Source: Rhizaria sp. SCN 62-66 (taxonomy: Eukaryota). Taken from it: 64,000 bases of DNA. The DNA is taken from the NCBI GenBank assembly GCA_001724265.1, contig MEDY01000074.1:1-64000 (forward strand), written 5' to 3'. The notes below the pieces were generated by a model. It was not told the origin of the DNA. It saw only the letters and a program-made list of their open reading frames with translations, and ran no database searches. Positions 24,665 through 37,866 of this stretch are shown here, piece by piece. A program made the translations under genes and the position numbers. Positions within the stretch are counted from its first letter, which is position 1, and each line of letters begins with the position of its first letter.

Positions 24665-25273
24665 TTACTTGTTGACGGCAAACTTGTCCATGATGCGGAG
24701 CGGACGCAGCACGTTGGTTTTGTTGGTGTCAACGATACGGCCGTTTACGACCATTTCGTCCAGGATGAAGTGCGCACGCTCGAGGTTGAACATGATCTAC
24801 ACAAAAACAAGCGAAAGATCGGCAAAAGCAGCAGATACACACATCGAGATACAACACGTAAGAAATATGCCGATTTGATTCCATACAGACACTATAGACA
24901 TGATCAGATTGAAAAGAAGAGCGAGAAAGCGAGGAAGGGGACGTACGTCAAGCTCGCAGACGGTGACGTAGTACTCATCGAGGATCTCAACAAAGCGGTG
25001 GATAAACTCAAGCGCGCCGAGCTCGTTGGCCTCGGACTTGTCGATGCCGACGATGAAGAAAAGCGAGGCGTAGCGCCGGTAGACGCAGGTGAAGCCGTTG
25101 CCGTCAAAGAAGGAGCACTGCGTCTCGCTGCGCGAGAGGCATTTGCGGATGATCTCACCCTCGAGAGCATTCTTCTCCGCAATAGTCTGCACGGGAAACA
25201 ACGGCGACGGGTAATACTGGGACAGACGGGTCTGTCCCTGCTTGTTCACCATGAGAACAAAACGGATTGTCAT
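24665..25273 (-). CDS. AP4S1: AP-4 adaptor complex sigma subunit; exons 25273-24947 and 24796-24665
   Basis: [19 protein letters not shown] (AP-4 sigma type), [61 protein letters not shown] across intron 24946-24797 (GTACGT..TAG). Ends at TAA. Confidence 0.95.
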
Positions 25274-25857
25274 CACACTGTGGGGACGAGCAAGAAGCGG
25301 AGGGGTGGGCGAGGAGCGGTAGGAGAGCAAGAATAAAAGATAACGATTAACCAAGAGCAGATTTAGTTATTATAGAACACTCAGTACAGAATGATTACAT
25401 CCATTCTGTCGTATCCAGCCAATACACACCCGTTCAGCGATTGCAGATGAATTTTCATTGGGGCATGGAGGACGACGTAACCCGAGAGATTTTAAGGGAT
25501 ACTATCATGATAAAGACAGTGACTGAGCGGCTCAGAATAACTGTTCTTAATTCATCACTATTCACGAACTTTGGAAGATTCACCCGCAGCTCATTGTGAC
25601 GAACATGTGAGCTCACAAGATGGCTGCAATATCTCCCTTCACTTCCCCCACCGCAGAGCCCGAATCCACCACCAACGACTGGCCAATGTGACAATTTCAG
25701 GGATACACACTTAAAATATCCAGGTCAACGTTTAAAAATGCAAAATACAGATTTTATCCTCCAAGGCCTTTGTTGAAAAGTGGCTTTTTCCACAACTGAT
25801 GATAATAAATAGTCACATCTCGACCATATTCGTCGTCGTTAGTTACGATAGTCACGC

Positions 25858-27804
25858 TCACTTATCACCGTGGTTACTGTCATCCTCGCCGTCGCTGCTC
25901 TCAGTCTCACTCTCGCCACCCGGCGCCTGCACATTGCCCAGTGCCTTCTGCTCCCTAATGAGCTTCTCGATCGCGTCAGTATCAGTCAAATCCGCGCGGT
26001 CCGCTGGCAGCCGCGCCCGCACCGCCGCCACCGTGGCGCGCTGATTCGCCGCGCGCGCCGTCGCGGCCGTGACGACGGCCATTGGCACCGGGTAGCGGCG
26101 TCCCGCACGCAGCGCGGCCGCGATCGCCGCGCCGTCGCGGTCCTCGGTCTCGAAGTCGCTGTCGTCTTCGTCGTCGTTGATGCCAGGGATGATCACGTTC
26201 TCTGGCTGCTGTGTGTTGTTGCTGCTAGCGGTGTCAGCGATGATGATGTCCGCCTCCTTCCCGGCCTCCAGCGCGCTCATCTCCGCCAGCAGCGCCGCAA
26301 AGCCCGCACCCAGCGCCGCGGGCTGGCTGTTGCTTGACGCACTCGCACACACACTCGCGCTTGTATTCGCATCTGCGTTGCCGCCGATGCTGTTTGAGCT
26401 GTTGCGATGGCTGTGCGCGGCCGCGTCGGCCTCACCGGCAGCGATGAGAGCGGCCAGGTGCCTATCCCAGTCCACCAGCGCTGTGGCGCCCCAGTCCGGC
26501 CCCAGCGGCCCCACGTCGAGCACGAACACCTTCCCACGCGTATCCACGTACACGTCGTAGCAATAATGCACCGACCGGCCTCCGGGCACAGCGCCTGCAC
26601 GCACGGCGGCGACTTCTTCTTCGGACAGCGAGCGCAGCAGCGGCCGAGTCATATGGTCCTCGTGGAAGTCCAGCACAGCGCGCTTGAGCTTCCGGCGCGC
26701 GGCGCGGCGCTGCAGCTCATCGTGCTCTTCGTCGTCGCGCTGTGAGAGAGCGACGACACGGCCGTGGACCACAAACACGCGCAACTCGCGCCACGGATGC
26801 AGCGTGGACCACTTCTTCAGCACGAGCGCGAACGGGGACGCCGCGCTGCCATCGTCATCACCGTCATGATCGCCACCAATCGCCGCCTTGTCTGACTCTG
26901 CAGCGGTATTGCTGCTGTTGCTGTTAGCGACAGAGGATGAGAGCGAGACAGACGGAGCTGAGGGAGGCGGCAGAAGAGGGCCGAGGCGCTGCTCCAGCGT
27001 CAGTGCATCAGGCCCGTACAGCGCACTCAACTCGGCGTCACTCGGCGGCGCAGCGCCAGAGGGAGACTCTGCGACGGCCGCAGCGGTAGCGGCATCGTCG
27101 GCGGCCTGAGCACGCTTGGCGCGGGCCAACAGAGCGCGCAACGGGTCGTAGTCGGGGTGGTTTTCATCATAGATCACACCGCTGACATCGCTGTCAACTG
27201 AGGCGCTCGCATCGTCACCAGCAGCGGCGACGGGGGAGTGGGAGTCTGCGGCGGCGGCGGCGATAGGGGCGGGGCGCGGGGGCGTGGGTCCCCAGCCTTG
27301 GGCCGAGGCCATGACAGGCCGCGACGGATGGTCAACCAGATCCGTCGCACAGGCCGCGGAGGCCTTCAGAAGCACGAGAACGTCACGCGCGTTCTCGCAA
27401 CGCAGCGTGCCGTCGAGTGTAATCCATCGCGCGTCCTGCGGCGAGCTCCACGAGAGTTTGGGAAACACCGCGCCGCCGAGCTCCTTGACTGCGGTCTCGA
27501 TGGACCGCGCGAAGTCGGGAAGGAAGGCGGGCACGGCGCGGGTGCTGTGAAGCCCGGCCTTAGCGACGCGCACGACGTAGCGTTTGTCAATGTGGAAAAC
27601 GTCATCGGGCACGTCGACGCCGTCGGCGAGGAAGTACGCCGCCTGCGCGCGCGTCAGCGGCAGAGTGACCGACTTGACCGTGCGCGTCTTGAGGTGCGGG
27701 AACCACGAGGTGTAGTTGAAGTCCCACACGTTCGTGCCAGGCGCAAACGGAGACGCCGCCACGGACGGAGACAACGCGCCCGAGGCAAGGCCAGAGCTAG
27801 ACAT
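25858..27804 (-). CDS. CDC123: Cell division cycle protein 123 (ATP-grasp eIF2 assembly factor)
   Basis: LGGAVFPKLSWSSPQDARWI..TLRC..DVLVLLKAS, LVLKKW..LHPWRELRVFV..VALSQRD, YDVYVD..VFVLDVGP. Ends at TGA. Confidence 0.92.
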   Translation of the reverse strand: MSSSGLASGALSPSVAASPFAPGTNVWDFNYTSWFPHLKTRTVKSVTLPLTRAQAAYFLADGVDVPDDVFHIDKRYVVRVAKAGLHSTRAVPAFLPDFARSIETAVKELGGAVFPKLSWSSPQDARWITLDGTLRCENARDVLVLLKASAACATDLVDHPSRPVMASAQGWGPTPPRPAPIAAAAADSHSPVAAAGDDASASVDSDVSGVIYDENHPDYDPLRALLARAKRAQAADDAATAAAVAESPSGAAPPSDAELSALYGPDALTLEQRLGPLLPPPSAPSVSLSSSVANSNSSNTAAESDKAAIGGDHDGDDDGSAASPFALVLKKWSTLHPWRELRVFVVHGRVVALSQRDDEEHDELQRRAARRKLKRAVLDFHEDHMTRPLLRSLSEEEVAAVRAGAVPGGRSVHYCYDVYVDTRGKVFVLDVGPLGPDWGATALVDWDRHLAALIAAGEADAAAHSHRNSSNSIGGNADANTSASVCASASSNSQPAALGAGFAALLAEMSALEAGKEADIIIADTASSNNTQQPENVIIPGINDDEDDSDFETEDRDGAAIAAALRAGRRYPVPMAVVTAATARAANQRATVAAVRARLPADRADLTDTDAIEKLIREQKALGNVQAPGGESETESSDGEDDSNHGDK

Positions 27805-27975
27805 TGTCTATACAGGGTGCGATGGGCAAGTGCGGGAAGGAATGTCGCGAGAAGTTGTGAGTGTGTGCCGTAGGGACAATGCGAGGTGCAGCAGTCGAGG
27901 ACGTGAAGATTGGGTGATGTGCAGAAGGTATAATGATTAAATGCTTGTATAGTCACTGATACTCCGTAGTTGACT

Positions 27976-27987
27976 CTGGTGACGGTC
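27976..27987 (-). promoter_or_regulatory. Variant upstream motif GACCGTCACCAG in the CDC123 divergent promoter
   Basis: 10/12 match to GACCGTGAGCAG, oriented toward the CDC123 ATG about 170 bp away. Confidence 0.3.
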
Positions 27988-28260
27988 AAACTGTAGGTCA
28001 CCTCCGTGTATTTTTGGAGCTACTCCTGGGGGTTGCACCATTTCCGATGGCAGCCGTTGAGCTGTAGGTGACGTCTCTCTTCAACAGTCATTATCTCGAA
28101 TTTTCGAACGTCAGAACGATTTAGTCCTATATTTTATCGACAAACCAGCTTTTTTAATTCTAACCTTTTAATTATATTGCGACTGCTATGCGTTTGTATC
28201 TCCTAGTTTGAACCTCAAGACACTTTGGTAGACAAGAGGAATAACCGTTCGGCCCCTGTG

Positions 28261-31200
28261 ATGTTCGGTCCTGTGGCCCCTCGCCAGGGCGCCAACGGGC
28301 GTCCCGGCCCCACAGCGACGGCCTCATCCTCCGGGCTTGGCGCCGCACTTGTTGCCATGATCACCGCTCCCGGCTTCACCACAGTCCCGCCCCCTGTCTC
28401 CGCCTCGGCCTCCACTATCTCGTCCAGTGCCTCTGGCCGCAAGCCCGCCACCGCGGCCACCACCGGTGCAGCCGCCACCGGTGCTGCGCGGCCGTCTGGC
28501 TTCGGCACCGACGCGGCGGGCCGCCTGCTCCCGTCCTGGCTGGACACGCTCGCGGTTGACACCGACGACGATCCAGCGGCCGCCGGCGCTACCGCGGGCG
28601 CTGGGTACGAAGCCAGCGAGGACGGCGCATACTTCGAGCACAACCCATTAGCCTCCTCCCCTGGCCTTGCCTTTGCACCCGTGTCCGTGCCTGCCTTTGC
28701 GCCTCCTGCCGCTGCGGCGACGGGTGCGGCGGGGCGGCGGCGTGAGGTGGCGGCCGCGTCGCTGGCGCTGGCTCTGGAGCTCGAAGACGATAGGATTGGC
28801 GCTGGCACTGGTATATCAGGCACTGGGCTCGACTCACCGCTCTCGGCCGCTGACGCACACAGCTTCTCCGACGCTGGCGCTGCTGCTACTGTTACAGCCG
28901 CCCCGCTCTCCCGCGCGCTCTCGCGCCCGCGCACGAGCACAAGCGGCACTGGCACTTCTGGCTCTGGCGCATCAACACCGCCACAGGCACAGGCGCAGTC
29001 GCATTCGTCGCGGCCGCAGTCCCGGTCCGCTGCTCTGCGTTTGCACTCGCGTTCAACCTCACGCCCGCAGTCGCGCTCGCAGTCGCGGTCTCGCTCGCGG
29101 CCCCGCAGCAGTCCCACCGAGACTGCGATCGCAGTGAATAATGCCGACGACGGTGGCGATGACGAGGACGAGGCCGAACGCGCACTCGATACCGCCGCGC
29201 TTGCCGCCGTCGAACGCTCTATTGACGCCATCACCCGTACTCTCCTCGCAGCCCCGCGCACTTCTCTGCTATCTCCACAGCATCAACACCACAAACACTC
29301 TTTGACCGGGACAGCGGGCGAGGGCCGCAGTGCGACTGCGCGGTTGGCGGGCGCCGTGCAGGGCGGCGTGGGCGGGCTCACGGCCGCGCTGGGTTCGCTG
29401 CGCGGCGCGCGCGGGTTGTCGGCTCTGCGCCGCGCCGCTCGTGGCGTTTCAGCCACATCTATCAACAACAACAACACCAACAACAATGCTGACAATGATA
29501 CAACAGCTGCACTCTCTCCGTCTGCGACTGCGCGTATGACGACTGCGCATGCGGCGTCGCAGCCTGCTCGGGCGCCGCCGTTCCGCACCGAGTCCACTTC
29601 ACCGTCGCGCCCGCGCGGGGGTCGACCCAGCACCGCGGCCGCCGCGGCCGCCGCCGCCGCTACCGCGTCCTTCCTCCCGCCGCAGCTTTTCCCGCTCGGC
29701 CCGCTCGGCAGCCAGGGCACGCCACAGGCCGCCGCGCTTGTCTCGCTCACCTCCGCGCTGCTGACCCACTCCGCGTCCCCCGCGACAGCGCTGCCGCACC
29801 ACCCGGCCCTGCCGCCGGTCGGCGCCGCCGCGGCCGCCGCCGGCGCGGGCGCGGGGCCGGGTGCGGGCGCGGGCGCGGGCACTGGCGGCACGGGCGGCGC
29901 GTCCTCCGGTGGCGCGAGCGTTGGCGGCCACATCTCCGGCGCAGCGGTTACGCTGGCACGGTGGGATGAGAAACACCATGCCGCGCAGGCCGACGCCGCG
30001 TTCACCGCCTCCGCCAGTCTCCCCACCGCCACCACCGCGAGCGCTTCCGCGGCGGGACAGTCGCTGGCGGGGGCCTCAGCGGCGCGCGCGGCGGCGCTGG
30101 CGGCCGCGGTGGACGGGCGTCGGCGCCAGCCTACGCAGCGCCGCCACCGCCGACCGCAGCCGCCGATGGCACCGTTGCCCGGCGCCGCGCCCGCCGGCAC
30201 GGGCCGCGTGGTCGCTGGCGGCGGCGGCGGGACCGTGGGCGGCGGCGGACTGGGCGCGGGCCGGTCTGTGATCCCAGAGGGGCAGGTGCGGGCTGTGCAT
30301 AAGGACCTTATGGCCGGCGCGGGCGTACCAGCGGCAACCGCCGAGAGGCTGCGCAACGTACGTTGCGATTCTACAGCGATATGTGTTTTACTCTATGGCT
30401 TAACATGTATTTTATGACTGCGTGTATACCTTTAACTGTTATCTTACGTGCATGTTTAAACCTTAATTTGTACTATTTGCGATTGGTTTGCTCTTTTTCA
30501 GGTTCTTGCGGTGTACTCGTCGGGTATGCACCGGCTTATGGCGACTCTGCACACCACTGCGGTGCGCCCCGACCCACTCACCCCACTCCACAACGACGCG
30601 TTCCTCGTCCCACCTTTCGCTCTTGCGCCCCCAGGGCTCGACTCTGTGAGTGGCAGCGCTCAGAGCAAGAAGAAGGACGAAGCTGGTGACGATGGTGGTG
30701 ATGATGGTGAGAGCGAGTGCGAGCTCGGCTGTGTCGTCACACCGGGCGGCGCACTGCTCCCCGCCACCGCAGCCGACTTCTTGCCATACGCCTCCGCGTC
30801 CACATCCGCATCTGCATCCACACAGTGCGGCGCATCGCAACCGCACGCACTGCTCGTGCGCGGCCACCTCCCACCGCACCCACCGCTGCCGGCGCCGACG
30901 CCCGCCGCCGTGGGCGCGCCGACCGTGGCCGAGCCCGTGGCGGACTTGTGGTCGGTCTTCATGGCGCTGCTCGACCTCTGCCAGCGTCACGCCGACTGCG
31001 CCGCCGCGGCCGCCGCCGGTGGAACGCCGCCGTCTGCCGCGGCCGGCGACGTTGTGGTGCTCAAGTCGACGCGCATCCACGCGCGCAGCCGTGCGGCCGC
31101 GGCGGCGCTGCAGAAGCTGCGCGCGCGGTACGCGCGGCTGCAGGACGCCGCGGGCGAGGCGCTTGCGCGCAGGCTCGATCTTGTGCTCGCGCAAGCCCGT

Positions 31201-34200
31201 ACGGTCGTGGCGCGCAGGCAGGACCTCGACGCGCAAGAAGTCGAGCTCCTCGACGAACTGTACGTGCTTGACTGTTTCATATGAACAGTGTTTTTTGTTT
31301 GATTCTTTTTTCTGGATATGATCGTGATGCATTGGTTTATTTTTTTAAATATCTCGTTGATTTCTTTGTTCTATCTATTGTAGATCGCAACAAAATGCGT
31401 TGATCGCGCGCGTGCGTGGCGACTTAGAGACCGCGCGTGCAGAGGGCGCTGCGTGCCGCGTCAAGGCGCGCTTGGCGCACAACCGCTACCTGCTGCTCTC
31501 CGAAGACGCCGCAGCGCGCGCCATGTCGCTGTCGACATTCCTGTCTCTGCGTCAGCACTTGTCGCGCGCTGACGAAGCGCTTGCTGTGTCGCTCTCCGCG
31601 CGCGCCGCGGACGTTGCGCGCGCGACCCACGCGCTCGGCAGCGCGCAGGCCGCGTACGACAACGCGCGCGCGCATCTCGACACGCTGCTGGCCGGCAATC
31701 TCGCGCTGGCCGAGGAGCACGCTGCGGCGCTGGCGGCGCTGGAAGAGACTGCGCAGGCCACTGGCGCGCTGTCGACGCAGCTTGAGGCCAAGATCGCCGA
31801 ACGGGAGGCCTTTGGCGCCGCGTTCTCCGCCGTCGCCACGGAGGCAGCGCGGCTCGGTGAAGTCGACGCTGCACTGGCGGCCGCGCTGGCTCGCGCTGAG
31901 GCTGAGGTCGCCGAGTCCGGCCGCCAGCTTGCAGCCGCGCAGAACCAAGTGCGCGCGACACAGGCGCGCGTTGCTGCGGTTGAGCAGGCCGTCGCGCTGG
32001 CGGGCGCTGCAATGGAGCGCGCGACCCGCGAGGTTGAGACCAAGCAGGCGCTTGTGCACGCTGCGCTGGAGCAGAAGGGCGAGGAGCGAGAGGCCCTTGA
32101 AGCCGTCGAGCGACAGCGTGAGACTATCGCGGAGCAGGTACGACACATTCCAACTCACGGTTTTTCAATACGAACATGTATTTGTTTTTTGATTAAGGTA
32201 AACGCCTTCCTCATAATTACACTTATATCTTTTCACCTTGCTGTCATAGGTTGTTGAGGCTGAAGAGCACATTACGTCGTTGCGCTTGCAGTTCGCAACT
32301 GTTTCCAGCGAAGCCGCTGAGCTAGCTGCTGCGACCGCGGCACTGGACGCTGAAGCGCAGGTGCACTTTGACCACATGGGCCGCGAACGCGAGAAGGACG
32401 CCGTGCTGCGTGCGCGTCACCGCGAGGAAGAGCTCGCGCAAGTCTCGGCCACGGACGGCGCTGCGCGCCAGGTCGCCGTGCTTGCTGCGCAGCTGGGTGA
32501 GATTGAAGACGCCGCAGCGGTGCAACGGTACGTATCGTTACAGGAATTTACGCATATGTCACCTTTTACGATGTGATGTATTTGAGGATGTTGAAGTCGC
32601 AAGCGTGTTGCACTGTGCTTGTGATGGAGTCGATGTCATGGGTGTTAAATTTATGATTATTATTGTGGGTTCATGGTTAAAATACGACAGCGTTAGCTGC
32701 TTGCATATGATGTTGATATGATATGGTATTGTCTTACTCACTGTACTGTTTACATCTCACTTTTTGCGGTCACTCTTTCCCGTACGATTGTCTTTTTCTT
32801 TCCACAGCGATGAAGTGACACGCTATGTAGACTTGCTTTCCGATCACGAGCGCAACTACGCTGCACAGACTGCGCTGCTTGACGCAACGACTGCGGCCGT
32901 GCGTGACTCAGACGCGGCCACGGCATCGTATCTCGTACGCACGCAGTCAGCTCTTGAGGCCCGCGCGCGTGCAAAGGAAGAGACGCTTGTCGCACAGGCC
33001 GCGGCGGAGGAATTGCGCGCAGAGCTACCGCGCACACACGAGGGCCGCGCTCTGTTAGAGCGCCGTCGTGCGCGCGCCGCGACAGAGACAGCCGAGCTAG
33101 TCTCAGCTCTGAACAAGGTGCTGACTGAGCAGCGTGTGTCTCAAGTTGCGGCAACGCAAGAACGCGAGACTGTTGACGCCGAGATTGCGACTGTAGAGGC
33201 CGAGCACGGTGCAGTTACGACGCGTATTAAGGGCGCCATCTCGCGCACTGGTGAAGCTGTCCATACAGCACGCACCGAGTACGCGCGCATCCTTGCCGTC
33301 AAGGTTGAGAATGCGCGTCTCAAGAGCGAGGCTGCTGCGCTTGACTCGCGCCTCGGCCCGCTCACGCGCTCAGCGGGCGAGCTCTGGCGGCTCTCACGCG
33401 AGGCTGAGGCCGAGACCGAGGCGCGCGCAGACCGCATCGCGTTTCTGCGTGCTCGGCTTGATGCTGCTGCCGCCGACGCGCGCGCTGCTAAGGCCGAGGC
33501 TGAGGAAGAGGCTAACGAGGCTGCCACGATTGCACGCGCTCTTGCCGCTGCCGTTGCTGAGCTGTCCGAGACGCAGGCCGCTGTGGCTCAGCTGCGCGCG
33601 GCGTCGGCGCGCGGGCAGACGTATTTCGAACAGCACAAGCGCGCACTCGGGTTCCACCCCACAGCCTCGGCCGCCACGGGCGCGGACGCCGTTGCCGCGG
33701 GCACGGCCCCGGGCGCTGAGGAGCGCAAGGTGCTCGCCGCGCGCGTGACGCTGCTGCGCGCGCTGCAGATGCGTCAGGCTGCGGCGCTGGCACGCGACGC
33801 GGCGCCCGGTGCCGCGCAGACCGAGCGATCAGACGCGAGCGCGCTGGCGCAGCGGCTCCGCGCGGCCGTGACGGACGACGACGCGGACCTGCTGGGCCCG
33901 CACGGCGCGCGCACGGGCTGCCCGCTGTCGCTGACTCCGATGTCGATGCACGTGCCCGCCGCGCACTGGGGGCTGCTCACGCCCGCAGCGCGGCGCCTCG
34001 TGCGCATTGCTTACTTGCAGCGCGAAGTGGCGCTGCGCGAGCGCCGCGGCCGCGCATGGGCGCAGGGCGCCGCGCCGTTCTTGCCGCCGGATCTGTTCCG
34101 GTCCGCGGTCTCTGCGCCCGCGGTTCGCGTGGACGCGGAAACGCAGTGCGAGCCCGCGCGTCTTGACTTCTGCGTGCAGACGCCCTCGTGGCTGCTGCTG

Positions 34201-34428
34201 GGCTTCGAGGCCGAGGAGACGCAGGCCGCGCTGCGCAGGCAGGACCTTGGCACGCGCGCCGCGCGCAGGGTCAGTCGCAGTGTCGCCGTCGGCGCTGGTG
34301 CTGGTGCCAGGGTGCTACAGGCGCGCACAGACTCGGCAGTCAGTAGTGTCAGCGCGAGCGTCAATCCCAGTGCAGCACCCTCGCGTCCCGACACCGGCGT
34401 TGGTATTGCGGTTGGCGAGAGTCTGTGA
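28261..34428 (+). CDS. Large coiled-coil protein with disordered N-terminus; exons 28261-30357, 30502-31259, 31384-32137, 32250-32527, 32808-34428
   Basis: Four AT-rich GT-AG introns with phase-compatible junctions (5508 nt total, divisible by 3). Long E/A/R/L heptad-rich region. C-terminal ETQCE/CVQTP motifs. Ends at TGA. Confidence 0.75.
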
Positions 34429-34433
34429 AGGTC

Positions 34434-37400
34434 TTACTCGTTGTCGTCATCGTCGAAGTCGTGCTCGTCTTCCTCATCGATGTTAAGACCTGCGGGGTCT
34501 GTCTGGGCTGGTGCGTTTGGAGGTGCAACTCCAGCGCGAAGACCGCCACCGAGTGCTGTGCTCCGCAGCGAGCTCGCGCGGGCGCCGGTCACTTGACTCG
34601 TTGCGCCGGCGCTATAGGCTGTGTATGCTGATGTAGCGTCGTCGCCCGAGCCATTCATGTTTGACGCCTTTGAGATGCCGGTGCTACGTGTATAAAGGGA
34701 TTAGTTGGAACGAGAGCTATATTAGAACTGTTTTTGCTTTTACGCACCATTTGTTTTAACCTACTTCATAGGGTGTATGTTTAACGTACCGTTTCTTGGA
34801 GAGCTTGGGATTGAATCCACGACTGTGCGCTTTGCAGTGCGAGCGGAGGTGGTTTGTTTTGAGAGTCCTGCAAAGTGCGTCCAAACAAAACCAATGATCA
34901 ATGGTTATAGAATTAGTTTACATAGCTTTAGGATTAAGATGTTGCTGATGTACTATCAATACATTTTGCTTTTAACACAGTAGCAACGATTAAACGTACC
35001 ACCAAGGCCTCCGTGGACCTGTATCAGTAGCGGCGTCACCCATAAAGCAGGTCGCAAAAAGCGTGCAATGATAGTGTTTCTTGCCTCCAGCACCATCACA
35101 GTTAGGCACGCGACACGGCCGTCCGCGCTGCGTCATGATGTACCATCGCGGGTCCACATCAGTCATCTTGGACTCTAACTCGCCGTATATTGCGCTCTCG
35201 TGCAGCGGCGGTGGCTGTAATGACCCGAATGCAGACACTGCACCGGTTGGGGCTTCCTGTGATGTGGACGTCACGCGCGCTGACGGTGCCTGGCGCGCTA
35301 TGCCAGCTTGCCGCGGGACTGGGGCTGGAAGCACGGTGCCGTGGGGCGCATCTGCAGCTGGAGCCTGGTCTGCACTGCGACCGGACTGCTGTTGTTGCAG
35401 CGGGTGCTGTTCTTGGGTTGGACCTGCATTAAAACTAGAAGGCTGCGACAGTCGATTGTAGTGCAACTGGGCGTGTGGAACCTGTGCATGCGCGCAAGAC
35501 ACAAAACGTTCCGCGTGCCCACCAGCAGGATGTGATACATAGCTCTGTCGGTTGGTTGGGACAAAAGTCTGGTCATGTGCCCGCGGACCGTTGTGTACGT
35601 GCAAGTCCTTGTGGCCACAATGGCCGGGCTGACGCGGACGCAGATGCGGAGGACTAAATCGTTGCTGTTGTGGATGTTGACCGTGGTGCTGATGGTGCAG
35701 CTGTTGTTGCGGCTGCTGGCCTTGGTACTGGCCATAATGTGGCTGAGAAGGCGGCGCCTGTCTGTGGTTGCGCGTCCCCGCTAAGTGCGATGGCAACGTT
35801 TGCTCTTCGTACTGCCCTATTTGGCCTGCTTGCTGCTGAGCATGCATGGGCTGCATATGTGGTTGATGAACGCCGTGAGAAACATTGTGCTGCAACTGTT
35901 GCTGTAAGAAGTCAGCACTGTGCATCATGCTTGGATGTCCGTTGATGTTGCAATTGTTACTGTGATTGTTTGCAGGGTACGGATGATAGCGCTCGCGGTG
36001 CGAGCGGTCACCGGCTGTCACTGGGCGTATTGCGCCCGGTTGCACGTATGTTGTCTGTGACTGCCCTTGAGAGTGCGCGTATGCGTGCCCGTGCGCTTGA
36101 GGCAGTGACGGTGGCAGTGCCCCATAGTTTATCATGTCGCTCCCGTCGCTGCGGCCGTACACCACATAGCCTGACTCGTTCTGTAACGCGCGCTGCGCGC
36201 GGTGTGGTCGCGGTGCGGGCGGCTGCTGTTGGTGTGCCTGCTGCAGAGGGTATGGTTGCTGCATGAGCGCCATTGTCTGTCCAGGGGCCGCGTGCTGTGG
36301 CGCGATATTGCCGCCGTCTGTGCTGAAAGCATGTGCATAACTATGCGCATGTGCGGGCGACGGCAACGTGTGGCCGGGTCCATAGTGCAACACCTGCGCG
36401 CGCGACGACATCTGTGCAGGAGCGTTTCCTTGCGGACCGCCGAACTGCCCTGACGCTGACGGCGGTCCACCCAACGCCGCGGACGCGGGGTACACAGCAC
36501 ACAGCGTTCCAGGCGCGCCCACTGGTCCGGTAAAGAGTCTGCTGATGCTGTTACTGTTGGCTACGCCCACAACAGGCATAACACCCGGTAGCGGCGCCGC
36601 GCCTCCATTGCCTGCAAGACTGGAGCCACGCGGCAGGCCCGCGGCGCCGGGTGAGGGGAATGCTTGCGGCAAGTACCCAAAAATCATCACATTGCCGCCT
36701 GCAGCCATAGGAACACCGCTGCTTGGGCGCAGCTCAGCACCGTTGGATGGCGAGTGCACAAGTTCATAACTTGTCACGCCACCCTGTAACGAAGCGCCTT
36801 GCGACGGACGCTGTTGAGCGCTGGGCATTGACGCGCCAAGCGCGTATTGCGGCGGAGTGTTGTGTTGCTGAGGCTGCGGCAATAGCGCAAGATCGGAAGT
36901 AGGGTTGGACAGGCTGTGACCCCCAAAGAAGACGTCTCTTGCAACCATTGAAGGCGATGTTCTCTCTTGCTTTACTGTTGCTGTTGACGCCACTGTGCCA
37001 AGCCTGCTCTGTTGCGGCCGAGCCGCTGCATCTGTTATGGCGATGGACGCCGTATCACCCTGTGGATCGCTGTATGACGAGAGGAACGGCAACGCGCCGG
37101 CACGAAGCCCCATTGGCGCGGGCGCCGCCGGCGCGGACACGTACGCCGCCCCCGTATTGTCCAGTAGGGAAGACACTGATGATGTGGCGTTGGTGGCGGC
37201 CGCTGAGTCGTGAGTATTCTCGAACAGCGCAATCGGCTTTGTACTTACTTCTGCCGCGGTGCCTGCTGTTGCGTAGGCTGGATTCCCCTCCTGTCGGGTC
37301 CACGTAGCGTTGTGGCCATGAATGTGATCGTGGATATACCCACTGGTCTCGACAGGCGAAGGATCACCAGTTGCCGTAGCGCGCGCAACATTGCCGCGCC

Positions 37401-37866
37401 CGTTAGCGCGGTCAAACGCTACTTGCGAAGGTTGCACTGTAGGCGCATGACTTGTACTCACACTCACATTTGTGCCAAACGTGTGATGGGCGTACCCGTG
37501 ACCCACAGAGACGTGAGCGCTCGAGACCTCTCCGTGGTCTCCAGTACTGAAGCGCGGACTCAGCGCTGCAGGAGCATGCGAGGAACAAGACGGTGACACG
37601 CGACCATGCGGCTGAACAGGTGACAACATGTCATGGATGAGCTTTGCCGCGCTGCCGACGCTGCTGTGCGGATGAACTCCACGCGTGCTGGGAACCGGTG
37701 ACACAACTGATTTAACGGGCTTGATGTCAACGTCGTGTTTTGAGAGGATCGAGCTCTGCGTAAAAGGCGGCGCAGGCTTCACCGGTGGGAGGTAATCGTA
37801 GCTAGATGCGTAGGCTGAGTATGGCTGACTCGATGTGTGGCTAGTGGAAGAGCCAGGAAGCGGCAT
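34434..37866 (-). CDS. Q/H/P-rich putative transcription factor with a C-terminal castor-like zinc finger; exons 37866-35000, 34867-34790, 34683-34434
   Basis: Splicing introns 34999-34868 and 34789-34684 (both GTACGT donors) yields CRVPNC..KKHYHCTLFATC..WWTLKTNHLRSHCKAH followed by an acidic tail. Ends at TAA. The start ATG is tentative. Confidence 0.7.

Noticed and set aside
27940-28110. Sm-site-like ATTTTTGGAG suggesting U2 or another snRNA
   Set aside because: No branch-point-pairing GTGTAGTA or other snRNA hallmark nearby.
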